A stretch of 64,000 bases of DNA from an uncultured Acetobacteraceae bacterium (GCA_964244655.1 CAXTJU010000004.1:2516-66515); one strand, 5' to 3'; counted from the first letter of the stretch, positions 19,388-29,142 are shown. Translations and numbers: made by a program. The notes: generated from the letters alone by a model not told the origin.

Positions 19388-19912
19388 CTACCGCTTGGAG
19401 AACTGGTAGGACCGCCGCGCCTTGGCCTTGCCGTACTTCTTGCGCTCCACCACCCGGCTGTCCCGCGTCAGGAACCCGGCCAGCTTCAGGATGCCGCGCA
19501 AATCGGGCTCGTAATAGGTCAGCGCCCGGCTGATCCCATGGCGCAGCGCGCCGGCCTGGCCAGACAAGCCACCGCCCGTCACCGTGCAGAACACGTCGAA
19601 CTGGTTGTAGCGGTCGGAAATCAGGAATGGCTGGGTGATGAGCATCCGCAGCACCGGGCGGGCGAAATAGGTTGTCACCGTCTTGCCGTTGACGTTGATG
19701 TCGCCACGGCCGGGCTTGATCCAGACCCGCGCGATCGCATTCTTGCGGCGGCCCGTCGCGTAGGAGCGGCCCAGCTCGTCCCGCTTCGGATCGACCCGGA
19801 TCGCCGCGGTCTCCGGCGTTGGCAGAGCGCCGGAGGCGGCCAAATCCTTGAGGTCGGCGAGCGTGCCGGTGCGGGCGCCGGCGTCCTGGTTGTCTGGGAT
19901 GGTGTCGGACAT
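19388..19912 (-). CDS. rpsI: 30S ribosomal protein S9
   Basis: [47 protein letters not shown]. Confidence 0.98.
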   Translation of the reverse strand: MSDTIPDNQDAGARTGTLADLKDLAASGALPTPETAAIRVDPKRDELGRSYATGRRKNAIARVWIKPGRGDINVNGKTVTTYFARPVLRMLITQPFLISDRYNQFDVFCTVTGGGLSGQAGALRHGISRALTYYEPDLRGILKLAGFLTRDSRVVERKKYGKAKARRSYQFSKR

Positions 19913-20376
19913 CAAACCCTCGCGTTCTTGGCGTTCATGGCAGCCACGTCCAGCTTCTGCGGCTGCTGGCCGTCATGCTTGTGCTCCGGCCCGGCATAGA
20001 CATGCAGATGGCGCATCTGCTCGCGCTGCAACGGGCCGCGGGTGATCATCCGCTCCACCGCCTTCTCAATCACGCGCTCCGGATGCCGCCCGGTCAGGAT
20101 CTGGCGCACCGAACGGCCCTTGATGCCGCCGGGGAACCCGGTGTGGTAGTAGAACACCGACTGGTCCGCCTTGTTGCCGGTCACGCGGACCTTCTCGGCG
20201 TTGACCACCACGATGTTGTCGCCGCAATCGACGTGCGGGGTGAACTGCGGCTTGTGCTTGCCGCGCAGCCGCTGCGCGATGATGGAGGCCAGCCGCCCGA
20301 GCACCAGCCCGTCCGCATCAATCAGCGTCCAGTTCTTGGTGGCATCCGCCGGCTTGAGCGAGATGGTCGTCTTCAT
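19912..20376 (-). CDS. rplM: 50S ribosomal protein L13
   Basis: [34 protein letters not shown]. Confidence 0.98.
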   Translation of the reverse strand: MKTTISLKPADATKNWTLIDADGLVLGRLASIIAQRLRGKHKPQFTPHVDCGDNIVVVNAEKVRVTGNKADQSVFYYHTGFPGGIKGRSVRQILTGRHPERVIEKAVERMITRGPLQREQMRHLHVYAGPEHKHDGQQPQKLDVAAMNAKNARV

Positions 20377-20504
20377 GGCCGCATACCCGTCTGCATGAGG
20401 CGGCACCGTATCGCCGCGGAAGCGGCCAAAGTCAAGGGATTGCCTATGTGGTATGATGATACCACAGGCTTTTCCCGCCTCGCGCCGGCCGTATGATGAG
20501 GGTC

Positions 20505-21371
20505 ATGAGCCGTCCTGCGCGCGTCCACGTCATCGGCGCGTCCGGCCGCTCCGGCACCGCCCTCTGCCGGTCCCTGGCGGCGGACGGAATGGATTACGTG
20601 CCGGTCGTGCGCGACCCGGCGAAGTGGTCGGCGGCCGGCCTGCCAGGCGTCCCCGCCGTCGCCGACCTGCAGCACGGCCCGGCGCTGCGCCGTGCGCTGC
20701 AAGGGGCGGAGGTGGTGGCGTCCTGCGCCCATGCCCGGCACGCGGCGGCCATCCTGGACGCAGCCCCGGCCGGCGCGCGCCATTTCGTCTTCCTCGGCAG
20801 CACCCGCAAGTTCACCCGCTGGCCGGACGCCCATGCGGGGGGCGTGCTGGCAGGCGAGGCCGCGTTCCAGCGTTCGGGCCGCCGCGGCGCCATGCTGCAC
20901 CCCACCATGATCTACGGCGCGCAGGGCGAGGACAACGTGCAGCGCCTGGCCCGGCTGCTGCGCCGCCTGCCGGTGGTGCCGCTGCCGGGCGGCGGCCGCG
21001 CTATGGTGCGGCCGATCTACCAGGGAGACGTGACGCAGAGCCTGCGCGCCGCCATCGACGCGGAATGGCAGGGGGTGGAGGCGATCGTGCTCGCCGGGGC
21101 GGACAGCGTGCGCTACGCCGACCTGGTCCGCGCCGTGGCCGCCGCCGCCGGGCTGCCGCGGCCCCGCATCGTGCCGGTGCCGGCCGGCTTGCTGCGCCTC
21201 GCGGCCCCCCTCACCCGGCTGCTGCCAGGCTTGCCCACCATCCGGCAGGCGGAGGTGCAGCGGCTGCTGGAGGACAAGACGTTTGCCATCGACGCCATGC
21301 GCCGCACGTTGGGGGTCGAGCCGGTCGGCCTGGCGGAGGGGCTGGCGCGAACGTTCGGATCCAACGCATGA
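20505..21371 (+). CDS. NAD(P)-dependent epimerase/SDR-like oxidoreductase
   Basis: GASGRSG Rossmann motif, LHPTMIYG, QPI-like RPIYQGDV. Confidence 0.85.
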   Translation: MSRPARVHVIGASGRSGTALCRSLAADGMDYVPVVRDPAKWSAAGLPGVPAVADLQHGPALRRALQGAEVVASCAHARHAAAILDAAPAGARHFVFLGSTRKFTRWPDAHAGGVLAGEAAFQRSGRRGAMLHPTMIYGAQGEDNVQRLARLLRRLPVVPLPGGGRAMVRPIYQGDVTQSLRAAIDAEWQGVEAIVLAGADSVRYADLVRAVAAAAGLPRPRIVPVPAGLLRLAAPLTRLLPGLPTIRQAEVQRLLEDKTFAIDAMRRTLGVEPVGLAEGLARTFGSNA

Positions 21372-22279
21372 AGCCCGGGCCGTTCCTCGGCTGCCTGCTG
21401 CTGGCGGGGTGCGGCATCGCTCCTGCCGCGCCGGAAGCCTGCCGGCTGGCCAAGCTGGCGGAAATCCCGGTCACCTTGGCAGATGGCTTCGTCAGCGTGG
21501 CGGCCACGATCGACGGCAAGCCGGTGACGCTGCTGGTCGATACCGGCGCCGAAAGCTCCTTGGTGACGCCGTCCGCCATGGCGCGGCTCGCGTTGCCGGC
21601 AGACCCGCAGCGCACCAGCGTCATACAGGGCATCGGCGGCACGATCACCACCCGGAATGCGGCGCTGCGATCCCTCGCGATCGGCGGGATGGAGCTGCTG
21701 GACCAGAGCGCCGCAGTGGCGCCGCTTCCCACGCCGCAAGGCGAACCGTTGCAAGCCGCCGGCCTGCTGGGCGCCGACTGGCTCAGCGCGTTCGACGTGG
21801 AGTTCGACCTGCCGCACCAGCGCATGGCGCTCTACCGCGCGGCGGGCTGCCACGGCGGCGACGTGCCGTGGCAGGGGCCCAGGGCCTCGGTCGGGGCGGA
21901 TGTCTCGCCGTCGGGCGCGGTGGTGCTGCCGATGGCCGTCGATGGCCGGCCCGTGGCCGCCCTGCTGGACAGCGGCTCCAACCTGTCCACCCTGGGCCAG
22001 GCCGCCGCCGCACACGCCGGCCTGGACGCGGCGGCCTTGGCGGGGGACGCCGCAAGCCAGTCGGTCGGCGTGGACGGTGCGGTGAACCCGACGCACTATC
22101 ACCAGTTCGCTGAGCTGCGCTTGGGGGCCATCCACTATGTCGCCCCGGTGCTGAGCGTGAGCGGGCTGCGCTGGCCTGGGGCGGACATGCTGCTCGGCAC
22201 GGATTGGCTGCGGCAGAACCGGGTGTGGGTGTCCTACGGCGCGCGCCGGGTCACGGTGCAGCCGGCCGGGGCGGAGTGA
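21368..22279 (+). CDS. Two-domain retropepsin-like aspartyl protease, lipoprotein
   Basis: Lipobox LLLAGC; DTGA and DSGS catalytic motifs each followed by GLLG/MLLG; ATGA coupling. Confidence 0.88.
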   Translation: MKPGPFLGCLLLAGCGIAPAAPEACRLAKLAEIPVTLADGFVSVAATIDGKPVTLLVDTGAESSLVTPSAMARLALPADPQRTSVIQGIGGTITTRNAALRSLAIGGMELLDQSAAVAPLPTPQGEPLQAAGLLGADWLSAFDVEFDLPHQRMALYRAAGCHGGDVPWQGPRASVGADVSPSGAVVLPMAVDGRPVAALLDSGSNLSTLGQAAAAHAGLDAAALAGDAASQSVGVDGAVNPTHYHQFAELRLGAIHYVAPVLSVSGLRWPGADMLLGTDWLRQNRVWVSYGARRVTVQPAGAE

Positions 22280-22847
22280 GGCGCAGTGCGGCATCGAGTG
22301 AGGCGAGGTCGCCCGGGGTGTTGACGTTGACGAACGGGTCGCCCGCGAACGGCACTGGGCGCATGGCCAGCGTGTCCGCGAAGGCGCGCACGCTGCGGGG
22401 GCCGGGCTGCCGCAGGAACGCGCGCAGGGCCTCTCGCGCGCCCACCGGCCAGAGCGCCACCAGATGGTGCCGCCGCCCGCCGCTCTCCGCGACCCCGGGG
22501 GTGGGCGCGAGGCTGCGGCCGAGGCCGGCGGGGATCAGCGGCGTGTCGCCGGGCACGGTCAGCAGGGCAGACGCGCCGAGATCAGCGGCCCAGTCCAGCC
22601 CGGCGAGCACGCCGGCCAGCGGCCCCTGCCCAGGCTTCTGGTCGGCCAGCACGGACAGAGTAGTGGCGAAGCGCGCCGGGTCGCCGTTGGCGCTGACGGC
22701 GATGTGGGCGTGGTCCGGGGAAAGCGTCGCCAGGATGCGGGCCAGCAGGGTCTGGCCGTGTAGGAGGAGCAGCGGCTTGTCCCCGCCGCCCATGCGCCGA
22801 GCTTGGCCACCAGCGAGGATCAGGGCGGGAGGGCCAAGGCGCTGCAC
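22251..22847 (-). CDS. mobA: Molybdenum cofactor guanylyltransferase
   Basis: LILAGGQARRMGGGDK, GPLAG, VPGDTP, NVNTP. GTG 22847 preferred because the upstream part of the frame is a repeat copy. Confidence 0.9.
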   Translation of the reverse strand: MQRLGPPALILAGGQARRMGGGDKPLLLLHGQTLLARILATLSPDHAHIAVSANGDPARFATTLSVLADQKPGQGPLAGVLAGLDWAADLGASALLTVPGDTPLIPAGLGRSLAPTPGVAESGGRRHHLVALWPVGAREALRAFLRQPGPRSVRAFADTLAMRPVPFAGDPFVNVNTPGDLASLDAALRLTPPRPAAP

Positions 22848-22876
22848 GGGACTTGGAAGGGGATCGTTCCCTTTAT
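22836..22876 (+). repeat. Degenerate copy of REP-like palindrome family A
   Basis: AAGGCGCTGCACGGGACTTGGAAGGGGATCGTTCCCTTTATCC aligns with the 57744 copy. Confidence 0.5.
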
Positions 22877-22920
22877 CCTTGGTTGGGGACATGCAAAGCT
22901 ACTTACGGGTTGTAACTGCT

Positions 22921-23490
22921 ATGTCGATGAGCGTCGGCCAAATCTGGCTTGAGCCTCTGAGGATCAGCCACGCGGATGGCATGTTCGCGGGGTTGTCCGA
23001 CCCGGCGGCCTACCTCTTCCTGCCTGATGACCCACCCGCTGATGTCGAGCGGCTGCGGGACCGATATCGCCGCCAGGTCGTTGGGCGGTCCCGCGACGGA
23101 TGGGAGCTGTGGTTCAATTGGATCATCCGGCGGCGGGATGAAGAAGCATTCCTCGGCTACACGCAAGCGACTGTCGTGGGCGGCTCGGCCATGGTCGCCT
23201 ATCATGTGTTCCCACAGCATTGGCGCCGAGGACTTGGATCAAACGCCCTGGCTGCCACGCTTCATGCGGTGTTCGGCCTGGAGGATGTCATGGTGGCGCA
23301 GGCCCTGGTGGACACCCGCAACCACGCATCGCGGCGCTTGCTGGCGTCCCTCGGCTTCACGGCCGTTCGCGTGATCAAGAAAGCGGACTTCTTCAAAGGC
23401 TGCGTGAGCGACGAAGTGCTGTTCGAGTTGCAGAAGCCCGAACCCTCGATGCTTACGCAGCTAGCGCCTTCCCGGCCAGTCCAGCCTTGA
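22921..23490 (+). CDS. GNAT (RimJ/RimL-like) N-acetyltransferase
   Basis: WRRGLGS acetyl-CoA loop, DTRNHASRRLLASLGF. Confidence 0.85.
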   Translation: MSMSVGQIWLEPLRISHADGMFAGLSDPAAYLFLPDDPPADVERLRDRYRRQVVGRSRDGWELWFNWIIRRRDEEAFLGYTQATVVGGSAMVAYHVFPQHWRRGLGSNALAATLHAVFGLEDVMVAQALVDTRNHASRRLLASLGFTAVRVIKKADFFKGCVSDEVLFELQKPEPSMLTQLAPSRPVQP

Positions 23491-24928
23491 TGCGCGCCAG
23501 CTCGTAGCCCTGGCTGACCCGCGGGGCGCAATAGGCTGCCTCCACCCGCGCTGCGTCCGGGTACAGCGCGTCATGCTCCGCCGCGTTGCTGAACCGGCCG
23601 CGGCTGTCGTCGTCCACGAACGTCTCGGCGGCCGCGTCGTTGGCCCAGATCACGTCGTGGGCCGCCAGCTCGATGTGCAGGTAGTCCACCCGCTCCAGCC
23701 CGGCCTGCCGCACGATCGTGGTCCCGTTCACCAGGTCGGCCGCCCGCACCAGCACGCCGGACAGCAGCAGGGCGTGCTCCGGGGACACCAGCAGGTCCCG
23801 GCTCGGCACGCCCGCGGCCAGCGCGCCGGCCCGCACCCGCACCGGATGCAGCGCCGGGCGGCCGCGCAGGAAACGCCCGGCATAGGAGCGGCGGCCGATC
23901 CAGCGCACCGGCTCCGCCATGCCGCCCAGCGTCAGCACGCGGTCGCCGATCGCCAGGTCTTCTACCGCCACGTCGCCGCGCTCCGTCCGGATCAGGGTGC
24001 CGGGGCAGTAGCAGGCCGGCGTGGCCGTGAAGGCCAGCTCCGCGCCGGTGGCGGCATCGGCGTAGCTGCCGACGATCTCGCCGGAGCTGTTGATGCCTTG
24101 CACGATCGTGGAGTCCGACCCCGCCGGGTCGAAGCTGGTGATGATCCCTGCCTGATCCACGAAGCCGTGAAGGTTGCTGTCAGCCCCTAGATAGTAGCCG
24201 ACCACCGTGCCGGCATCGTTCACGCCGGTGACGATGGTGTAGGGGCTGCCTGGCGCCGCGATGCTGCTGAACGTCCCGCCGATGTCCGCATAACCCTCGG
24301 TGTTGCCGGATGGGTCACCGTAAACCCCAACGATCTCGCCGCTGGCGTTCACCCCGGCGATGGAGGTGGCACCCTGCGCGTTCGGCACGTTGATGGTCTG
24401 GAACACGCCTGCCCTGTCCAGGAAGCCGTGGTTCAGCCCGGCGGCATCGGTCTCGTTGCCGAACACCACGCCCGCCGTCGTCACGCCGACCGCCTGCGTG
24501 GCCTGCGCGCCGCTGATGGCCACCGTGGAGTACGCGCCGTTGATGTCGGTGAAGCTGTCAGCACCTGCCGTGCCCACCACCTCGCCGGATGCGTTGATTG
24601 CCGCCGCCCTCACGTCCATCCCCGCTACGGCAATCATCGTGAGGTCGCCGGGCTGGCCGACGAAAGCGACCGTGTTGTCGCTGGTAAAGGAGTAGCCGAC
24701 GATGGCGCCGCTCGCGTTCACCCCCGTGATCGCGGTCGAGGAGGAGCCAGGGACATCGACCGTGGTAATAGCGCCACCGATGTCGGTGAAGCCATTCAAC
24801 GAGTCGAACGAGCCATTGGTGGCGTAGTAGGACCCGACCACCTCGCCAGCGTCGTTGATCGCATCGGCCGCGACCAGGCCACTCGCCGCGGGATCAAACG
24901 TCGTGAACGTGTAATTCGTGCCGCTCAT
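23453..24928 (-). CDS. Seven-repeat (HAF-like) beta-propeller fused to a C-terminal Hint (Hint_2/BIL-like) domain
   Basis: 7 x (A/G)(I/V)N(A/D/S)xG(E/x)(V/I)VG repeats; Hint begins CYCPGT, with SPEH and H.vi.AN...AET motifs. Confidence 0.9.
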   Translation of the reverse strand: MSGTNYTFTTFDPAASGLVAADAINDAGEVVGSYYATNGSFDSLNGFTDIGGAITTVDVPGSSSTAITGVNASGAIVGYSFTSDNTVAFVGQPGDLTMIAVAGMDVRAAAINASGEVVGTAGADSFTDINGAYSTVAISGAQATQAVGVTTAGVVFGNETDAAGLNHGFLDRAGVFQTINVPNAQGATSIAGVNASGEIVGVYGDPSGNTEGYADIGGTFSSIAAPGSPYTIVTGVNDAGTVVGYYLGADSNLHGFVDQAGIITSFDPAGSDSTIVQGINSSGEIVGSYADAATGAELAFTATPACYCPGTLIRTERGDVAVEDLAIGDRVLTLGGMAEPVRWIGRRSYAGRFLRGRPALHPVRVRAGALAAGVPSRDLLVSPEHALLLSGVLVRAADLVNGTTIVRQAGLERVDYLHIELAAHDVIWANDAAAETFVDDDSRGRFSNAAEHDALYPDAARVEAAYCAPRVSQGYELARIKAGLAGKALAA

Positions 24929-24958
24929 GGAAAATGTTCCTGGAACCGAATTGCGGGT

Positions 24959-24974
24959 GTTAATGAGTCGTTAA
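24959..24974 (-). promoter_or_regulatory. CtrA-binding consensus TTAA-N7-TTAAC
   Basis: Minus strand TTAA CGACTCA TTAAC, ~30 bp upstream of the Hint gene start. Confidence 0.65.
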
Positions 24975-25132
24975 AAGCATGGCGTCATCCCGCATTTTCC
25001 GGACTGAGTAAAGTTGCATGTGCTGAACGGATATCGCGGTGTCCGTTGCTGGTGCGCCTGGCCGGCGCCAGCGCGGGAAACGTCCGCGCACGCCAGCCGT
25101 TGGACCGCCGCAGCCATCTACAGGGGAGCAGC

Positions 25133-25243
25133 ATGGCTTCGCACGGCGACTCGACCACCGACCACAAGGTGATCCAGCACTGGATCGAGAGCCGCGGGGG
25201 CAAGCGCGGCCCCGGCATCCTGCGCACGCCACCAAGGGACTGA
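25133..25243 (+). pseudogene. Truncated remnant of a small 'TTDH..I..W.E.RGG..P...PGILR' protein
   Basis: MASHGDSTTDHKVIQHWIESRGGKRGPGILRTPPRD*; GGGGAG RBS. Resembles a widespread small-protein family but lacks its middle and C-terminus. Confidence 0.55.
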
Positions 25244-25282
25244 CCGCATCGCCCTGACCCGCGTGACAGCTTAAGGCAGGAC

Positions 25283-26494
25283 ATGGACCAACCGAACCTG
25301 CCCAGCGCCTTCGCGCGCAGCCTGGATATGCTGACGGCCTTCTTCCGCAGCAACGTGGCGGGCGGGCTGGTGCTCATGGCCTCGGCCTGCGTGGCGCTCG
25401 CCTGGTCGAACTCGCCGGCGGCCCTGTCCTACCAGGCGCTGCTGGCGTTGCCGATCGGGGTCAGCGCCGGGGCCGCCCGCTTCGCCATGCCGCTGCATGG
25501 CTGGGTGAACGAGGGGCTGATGGCCCTGTTCTTCCTGCTGGTCGGGCTGGAAATCCGTCGCGAGGTCACGCAGGGCCAGTTGGCGTCGGTGCGCCTGGCC
25601 GCCGGGCCGCTGGTGGGCGCGCTGGGCGGCATGGTGGCGCCGGCGCTGATCTACACGGCCATCAACCACGCCAACCCGGCGGCGCTGCGCGGCTGGGCGG
25701 TGCCGGTGGCGACCGACATCGCGTTTGCCCTGGCCGCCCTCAGCCTGCTCGGCGCGCGGGTGCCGGTGGCGCTCAAGGTGTTCCTGACCGCGCTCGCCAT
25801 CCTGGACGACCTGGGCGCCATCGTGGTCATCGCGCTGTTCTACAGCCGCGGGCTGGATTGGGCGGCGCTGGGCGTGGCCGCCGCCGTGCTGGCCGGGCTG
25901 GTCGGGTTGCGGCTGGCCGGCGTGCGGGCGCTCGGCCCCTACTTGCTGGGCGGGGCCGTGCTGTGGGCCGCCGTCTACCGCTCCGGCATCCACGCGACCC
26001 TGTCCGGCGTGGCGCTGGCCTTCGTGGTGCCGATGGGCGGCGAGCCCGGCGAGGGCGCCTGCCCGGCGGAACGGCTGGAGCGGGCGCTGGACGGGTGGGA
26101 CGCCTACGCCATCCTGCCGCTGTTCGGACTGATGAATGCCGGCCTGCAATTCAGCAGCGTGTCGCTGCGCACGGCGATCGACCCGGTGTTCCTCGGCATC
26201 GCCGCTGGGCTGGTGCTGGGCAAGCAGGCCGGCGTGTTCGGCGCCACCATGCTCGCCGCCAAGCTGCGCCTGGTGCACCTGCCGCCGGAGCTGACCGCGC
26301 CCGTGCTGTACGGCGGCAGCGTGCTGTGCGGCATCGGCTTCACCATGAGCCTGTTCATCGGCGACCTGGCCTTTCCCGGCCCGGGGCGCGAGACGGAGGT
26401 CAAGCTCGCGATCTTCGGCGGCTCGCTGCTGTCAGCCCTGCTGGGCCTGCTCGTCCTGCGCCGCGCCACGCGCCGCGCCGCGCCGGGGCCCTGA
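25283..26494 (+). CDS. nhaA: Na+/H+ antiporter
   Basis: WVNEGLMALFF, GLEIRRE, GWAVPVATDIAFAL, LAILDDLGAI, CGIGFTMSLFI. Confidence 0.96.
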   Translation: MDQPNLPSAFARSLDMLTAFFRSNVAGGLVLMASACVALAWSNSPAALSYQALLALPIGVSAGAARFAMPLHGWVNEGLMALFFLLVGLEIRREVTQGQLASVRLAAGPLVGALGGMVAPALIYTAINHANPAALRGWAVPVATDIAFALAALSLLGARVPVALKVFLTALAILDDLGAIVVIALFYSRGLDWAALGVAAAVLAGLVGLRLAGVRALGPYLLGGAVLWAAVYRSGIHATLSGVALAFVVPMGGEPGEGACPAERLERALDGWDAYAILPLFGLMNAGLQFSSVSLRTAIDPVFLGIAAGLVLGKQAGVFGATMLAAKLRLVHLPPELTAPVLYGGSVLCGIGFTMSLFIGDLAFPGPGRETEVKLAIFGGSLLSALLGLLVLRRATRRAAPGP

Positions 26495-26558
26495 CGCCCT
26501 TGCACCGCCGCGTGCCGCGATGGCAGACACGTTGCCAGATGCGCCAGCCCCGCCCCGC

Positions 26559-27623
26559 ATGAGGATCGTGATCTTCGGCCTCGCCGTCAGCTCCTCCTGG
26601 GGCAACGGCCACGCGGCCCTGTGGCGCGGCCTGATCAACGGCCTGCTGGCGGACGGCCACCCGGTGACGTTCTTCGAGCGCGACCAACCCTACTACGCGC
26701 AGAACCGCGACCTCGTGGCGCTGCCCGGCGGCGGCGAGCTGGTCCTCTACCCGGACTGGCCCGCGGCCCTTGCCCCCGCCCGCCGCGCCCTGGCCGGCGC
26801 GGACGTGGCCGTCGTCACCTCCTACTGCCCGGACGCGCTGGAGGCCGCGGCCCTGGTCGGCGACGCCGGCGCCGCGCTGTCCTGCTTCTACGACCTGGAC
26901 ACGCCCGTGACCCTCGCCCGCCAGGCCGCCGGCGAGTCCATCGGCTACATCGGGCCGGACGGGCTGCGCGGCTACGACCTCGTGCTGAGCTACACCGGCG
27001 GCGCCGCGCTGGACGCCCTGCGCCACACCTTCGGGGCGCGCCGGGTCGCGCCGCTCTACGGCTCCGTGGACCCGGCGATGCACCATCCCGTCGCCGGCGC
27101 GGCTCCTCGCGCCCTGCTTTCCTATCTCGGCACCTACGCCGAGGACCGGCAGGCGGCGCTGGAGGCGCTGTTCGTGGAACCCGCCCGCCGCCGCCCCGCC
27201 GACCGGTTCGTCATCGGCGGCGCGCAGTACCCGGCGCAGTTCCCCTGGACGGCCAACACCTGGTTCGTGCAGCACCTGCCGCCCGCCCGGCACCCGGCGT
27301 TTTACTGCTCCTCCCGGCTGACGCTGAACGTGACGCGCGCGGCGATGGCGCGGATGGGCCATTGCCCGTCCGGCCGGCTGTTCGAGGCCGCCGCCTGCGC
27401 CACCCCCATCCTGACCGACAGCTGGGACGGGCTGGAGCAGTTCTTCACCCCGGGCGAGGAAATCCTGGTGGCGCGGAACACGGCGGAGGCCATGGCGGCG
27501 CTCGACGTGTCGGATGCCGAGCTGGACGCCCTCGCCCGGCGTGCGCGGGAGCGCACGCTGGCCGAGCACACCGCCCAGCGCCGGGCGCGGCAGATGGTGG
27601 CGGCGTTCGAGGATGCGGCCTGA
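26559..27623 (+). CDS. CgeB-family glycosyltransferase
   Basis: FGLAVSSSWGNGHA..WRGL, YDLDTPVT, LNVTR, SGRLFEAAAC. Confidence 0.88.
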   Translation: MRIVIFGLAVSSSWGNGHAALWRGLINGLLADGHPVTFFERDQPYYAQNRDLVALPGGGELVLYPDWPAALAPARRALAGADVAVVTSYCPDALEAAALVGDAGAALSCFYDLDTPVTLARQAAGESIGYIGPDGLRGYDLVLSYTGGAALDALRHTFGARRVAPLYGSVDPAMHHPVAGAAPRALLSYLGTYAEDRQAALEALFVEPARRRPADRFVIGGAQYPAQFPWTANTWFVQHLPPARHPAFYCSSRLTLNVTRAAMARMGHCPSGRLFEAAACATPILTDSWDGLEQFFTPGEEILVARNTAEAMAALDVSDAELDALARRARERTLAEHTAQRRARQMVAAFEDAA

Positions 27624-28381
27624 TGTGGGGCATCATCCCCGCCGCTGGCCAGGGCACGCGCATCCAGCCGCTCGCGTTCAGCAAGGAGCTGCTGCCGATC
27701 GGCAGCCGGGTGGACGAGCGCGGCGTCGAGCGGCCCCGCGCGGTCAGCGAGTTCCTGGTCGAGCGCATGGTGCGCGGCGGGGCGGACAAGATCTGCTTCG
27801 TCATCTCGCCCTGGAAGTCCGACATCCTGCAATACTACGGCGGCAGCCTGGGCGACACCGCCTTCGCCTACGTGGTGCAGAACCACGCCGCCGGGCTGTG
27901 CGACGCGATCTTCCGCGCCCTGCCGCTGGTCGGCCCGGACGAGCCGGTGCTGCTCGGGCTGCCGGACACGGTCTGGTTCCCGGTGGATGCGCTGGCTGGC
28001 CTGCCGGACGGCCGGTTGAGCTTCCTGCTGTTCCCGGTGCGCCAGCCGGAGCTGTTCGACGCGGTGCTGCTGGACGCGGCGGGCCGGGTGACGGAGATCG
28101 AGGTGAAGGCCGCCGCCCCGCGCTCGCCCTGGATCTGGGGGGCGTTCAAGCTGCCCGGCGCGCTGCTGCACCAATTGCACGCGCTGTGGCTGCGGCGGGA
28201 GCGGCAGGACGAGTTCATCGGCACGCTGGTCAACGCCTATTTGCGCGAGGGCGGCGAGGCCTGGGGCGTGCGGGGTGGCGAGAGCTACGTCGACGTCGGC
28301 ACGCTGCACGGCTACCGCGAGGCGATGCGCGCGCTGGTGGGACCGCACGAAGGCGCACTCTTGCAGAGGACGGAACCGTGA
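27623..28381 (+). CDS. Sugar-phosphate nucleotidyltransferase (RfbA-like)
   Basis: GIIPAAGQGTR..P...KELLP, GLCDAIF, LPDTVWFP, DVGT; TGATG coupling. Confidence 0.88.
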   Translation: MWGIIPAAGQGTRIQPLAFSKELLPIGSRVDERGVERPRAVSEFLVERMVRGGADKICFVISPWKSDILQYYGGSLGDTAFAYVVQNHAAGLCDAIFRALPLVGPDEPVLLGLPDTVWFPVDALAGLPDGRLSFLLFPVRQPELFDAVLLDAAGRVTEIEVKAAAPRSPWIWGAFKLPGALLHQLHALWLRRERQDEFIGTLVNAYLREGGEAWGVRGGESYVDVGTLHGYREAMRALVGPHEGALLQRTEP

Positions 28382-28383
28382 GC

Positions 28384-29142
28384 ATGGATGCAGGCTGGAC
28401 GGCGGAGCGGGTGCGGCAGCGGGCGGCCGAACTCGGCCCGTGGTTCCACAACATGGAGCTGAAAGGCGTACCGACCGCGCCGGACCACTTCCTGGGGGAT
28501 TTCCCCGCCGTGAAATGGCGCAGCTTCCAGCACGCCGTGCCCGCGGACCTCACGGGCAAGACCGTGCTCGACATCGGCTGCAACGGCGGTTTCTACTCGC
28601 TGGAGATGAAGCGGCGCGGTGCTGCGCGCGTGGTCGGCATCGACTTCGACGCCGACTACCTGGCGCAGGCCCGCTTCGCCGCCGAGGTGGAGCAGCTCGA
28701 CATCGAGTTCCGCGAGATGTCGGTGTACGACGTGGCCGCCCTGGGCGAACGGTTCGACGTCGTGTTCTTCATCGGCGTACTGTACCACCTGCGCCACCCG
28801 CTGCTGGCGCTGGACCTGATCCACGCCCACGTCACACGGGATTTGCTGGTGTTCCAGTCCATGCAGCGCGGCAGCCCGGTGATATCAGCGGTGGCCGAGG
28901 ACTACTCGTTCTGGGAAGCAGAGCATTTCGACGCTCCCGGCTATCCGAAGCTGCACTTCATCGAGCAGAGCTACGCCCACGACAACACCAACTGGTGGGC
29001 GCCCAACCGCGCCTGCTCCGCCGCCATGCTGCGCAGCGCCGGCTACGAGATCGAGGCGGCGCCGGAGGAGGAGATGTTCATCTGCCGCCACCGCGACGGT
29101 GGGCAGGCGCCGGCCTATCCCATGCAAGGTCCGCTCGCATGA
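28384..29142 (+). CDS. SAM-dependent methyltransferase, TIGR04290 (Rta_06860)-like
   Basis: LGPWFHN...TAPDHFLGDFP..KW, VLDIGCNGGFYS, GVLYHLRHP, TNWWAPN. Confidence 0.88.
   Translation: MDAGWTAERVRQRAAELGPWFHNMELKGVPTAPDHFLGDFPAVKWRSFQHAVPADLTGKTVLDIGCNGGFYSLEMKRRGAARVVGIDFDADYLAQARFAAEVEQLDIEFREMSVYDVAALGERFDVVFFIGVLYHLRHPLLALDLIHAHVTRDLLVFQSMQRGSPVISAVAEDYSFWEAEHFDAPGYPKLHFIEQSYAHDNTNWWAPNRACSAAMLRSAGYEIEAAPEEEMFICRHRDGGQAPAYPMQGPLA

Noticed and set aside
22848-22892. N-terminal extension of MobA (MSPTKDKGNDPLPSP)
   Set aside because: Derived from a repeat copy; the conserved domain starts after the GTG at 22847.
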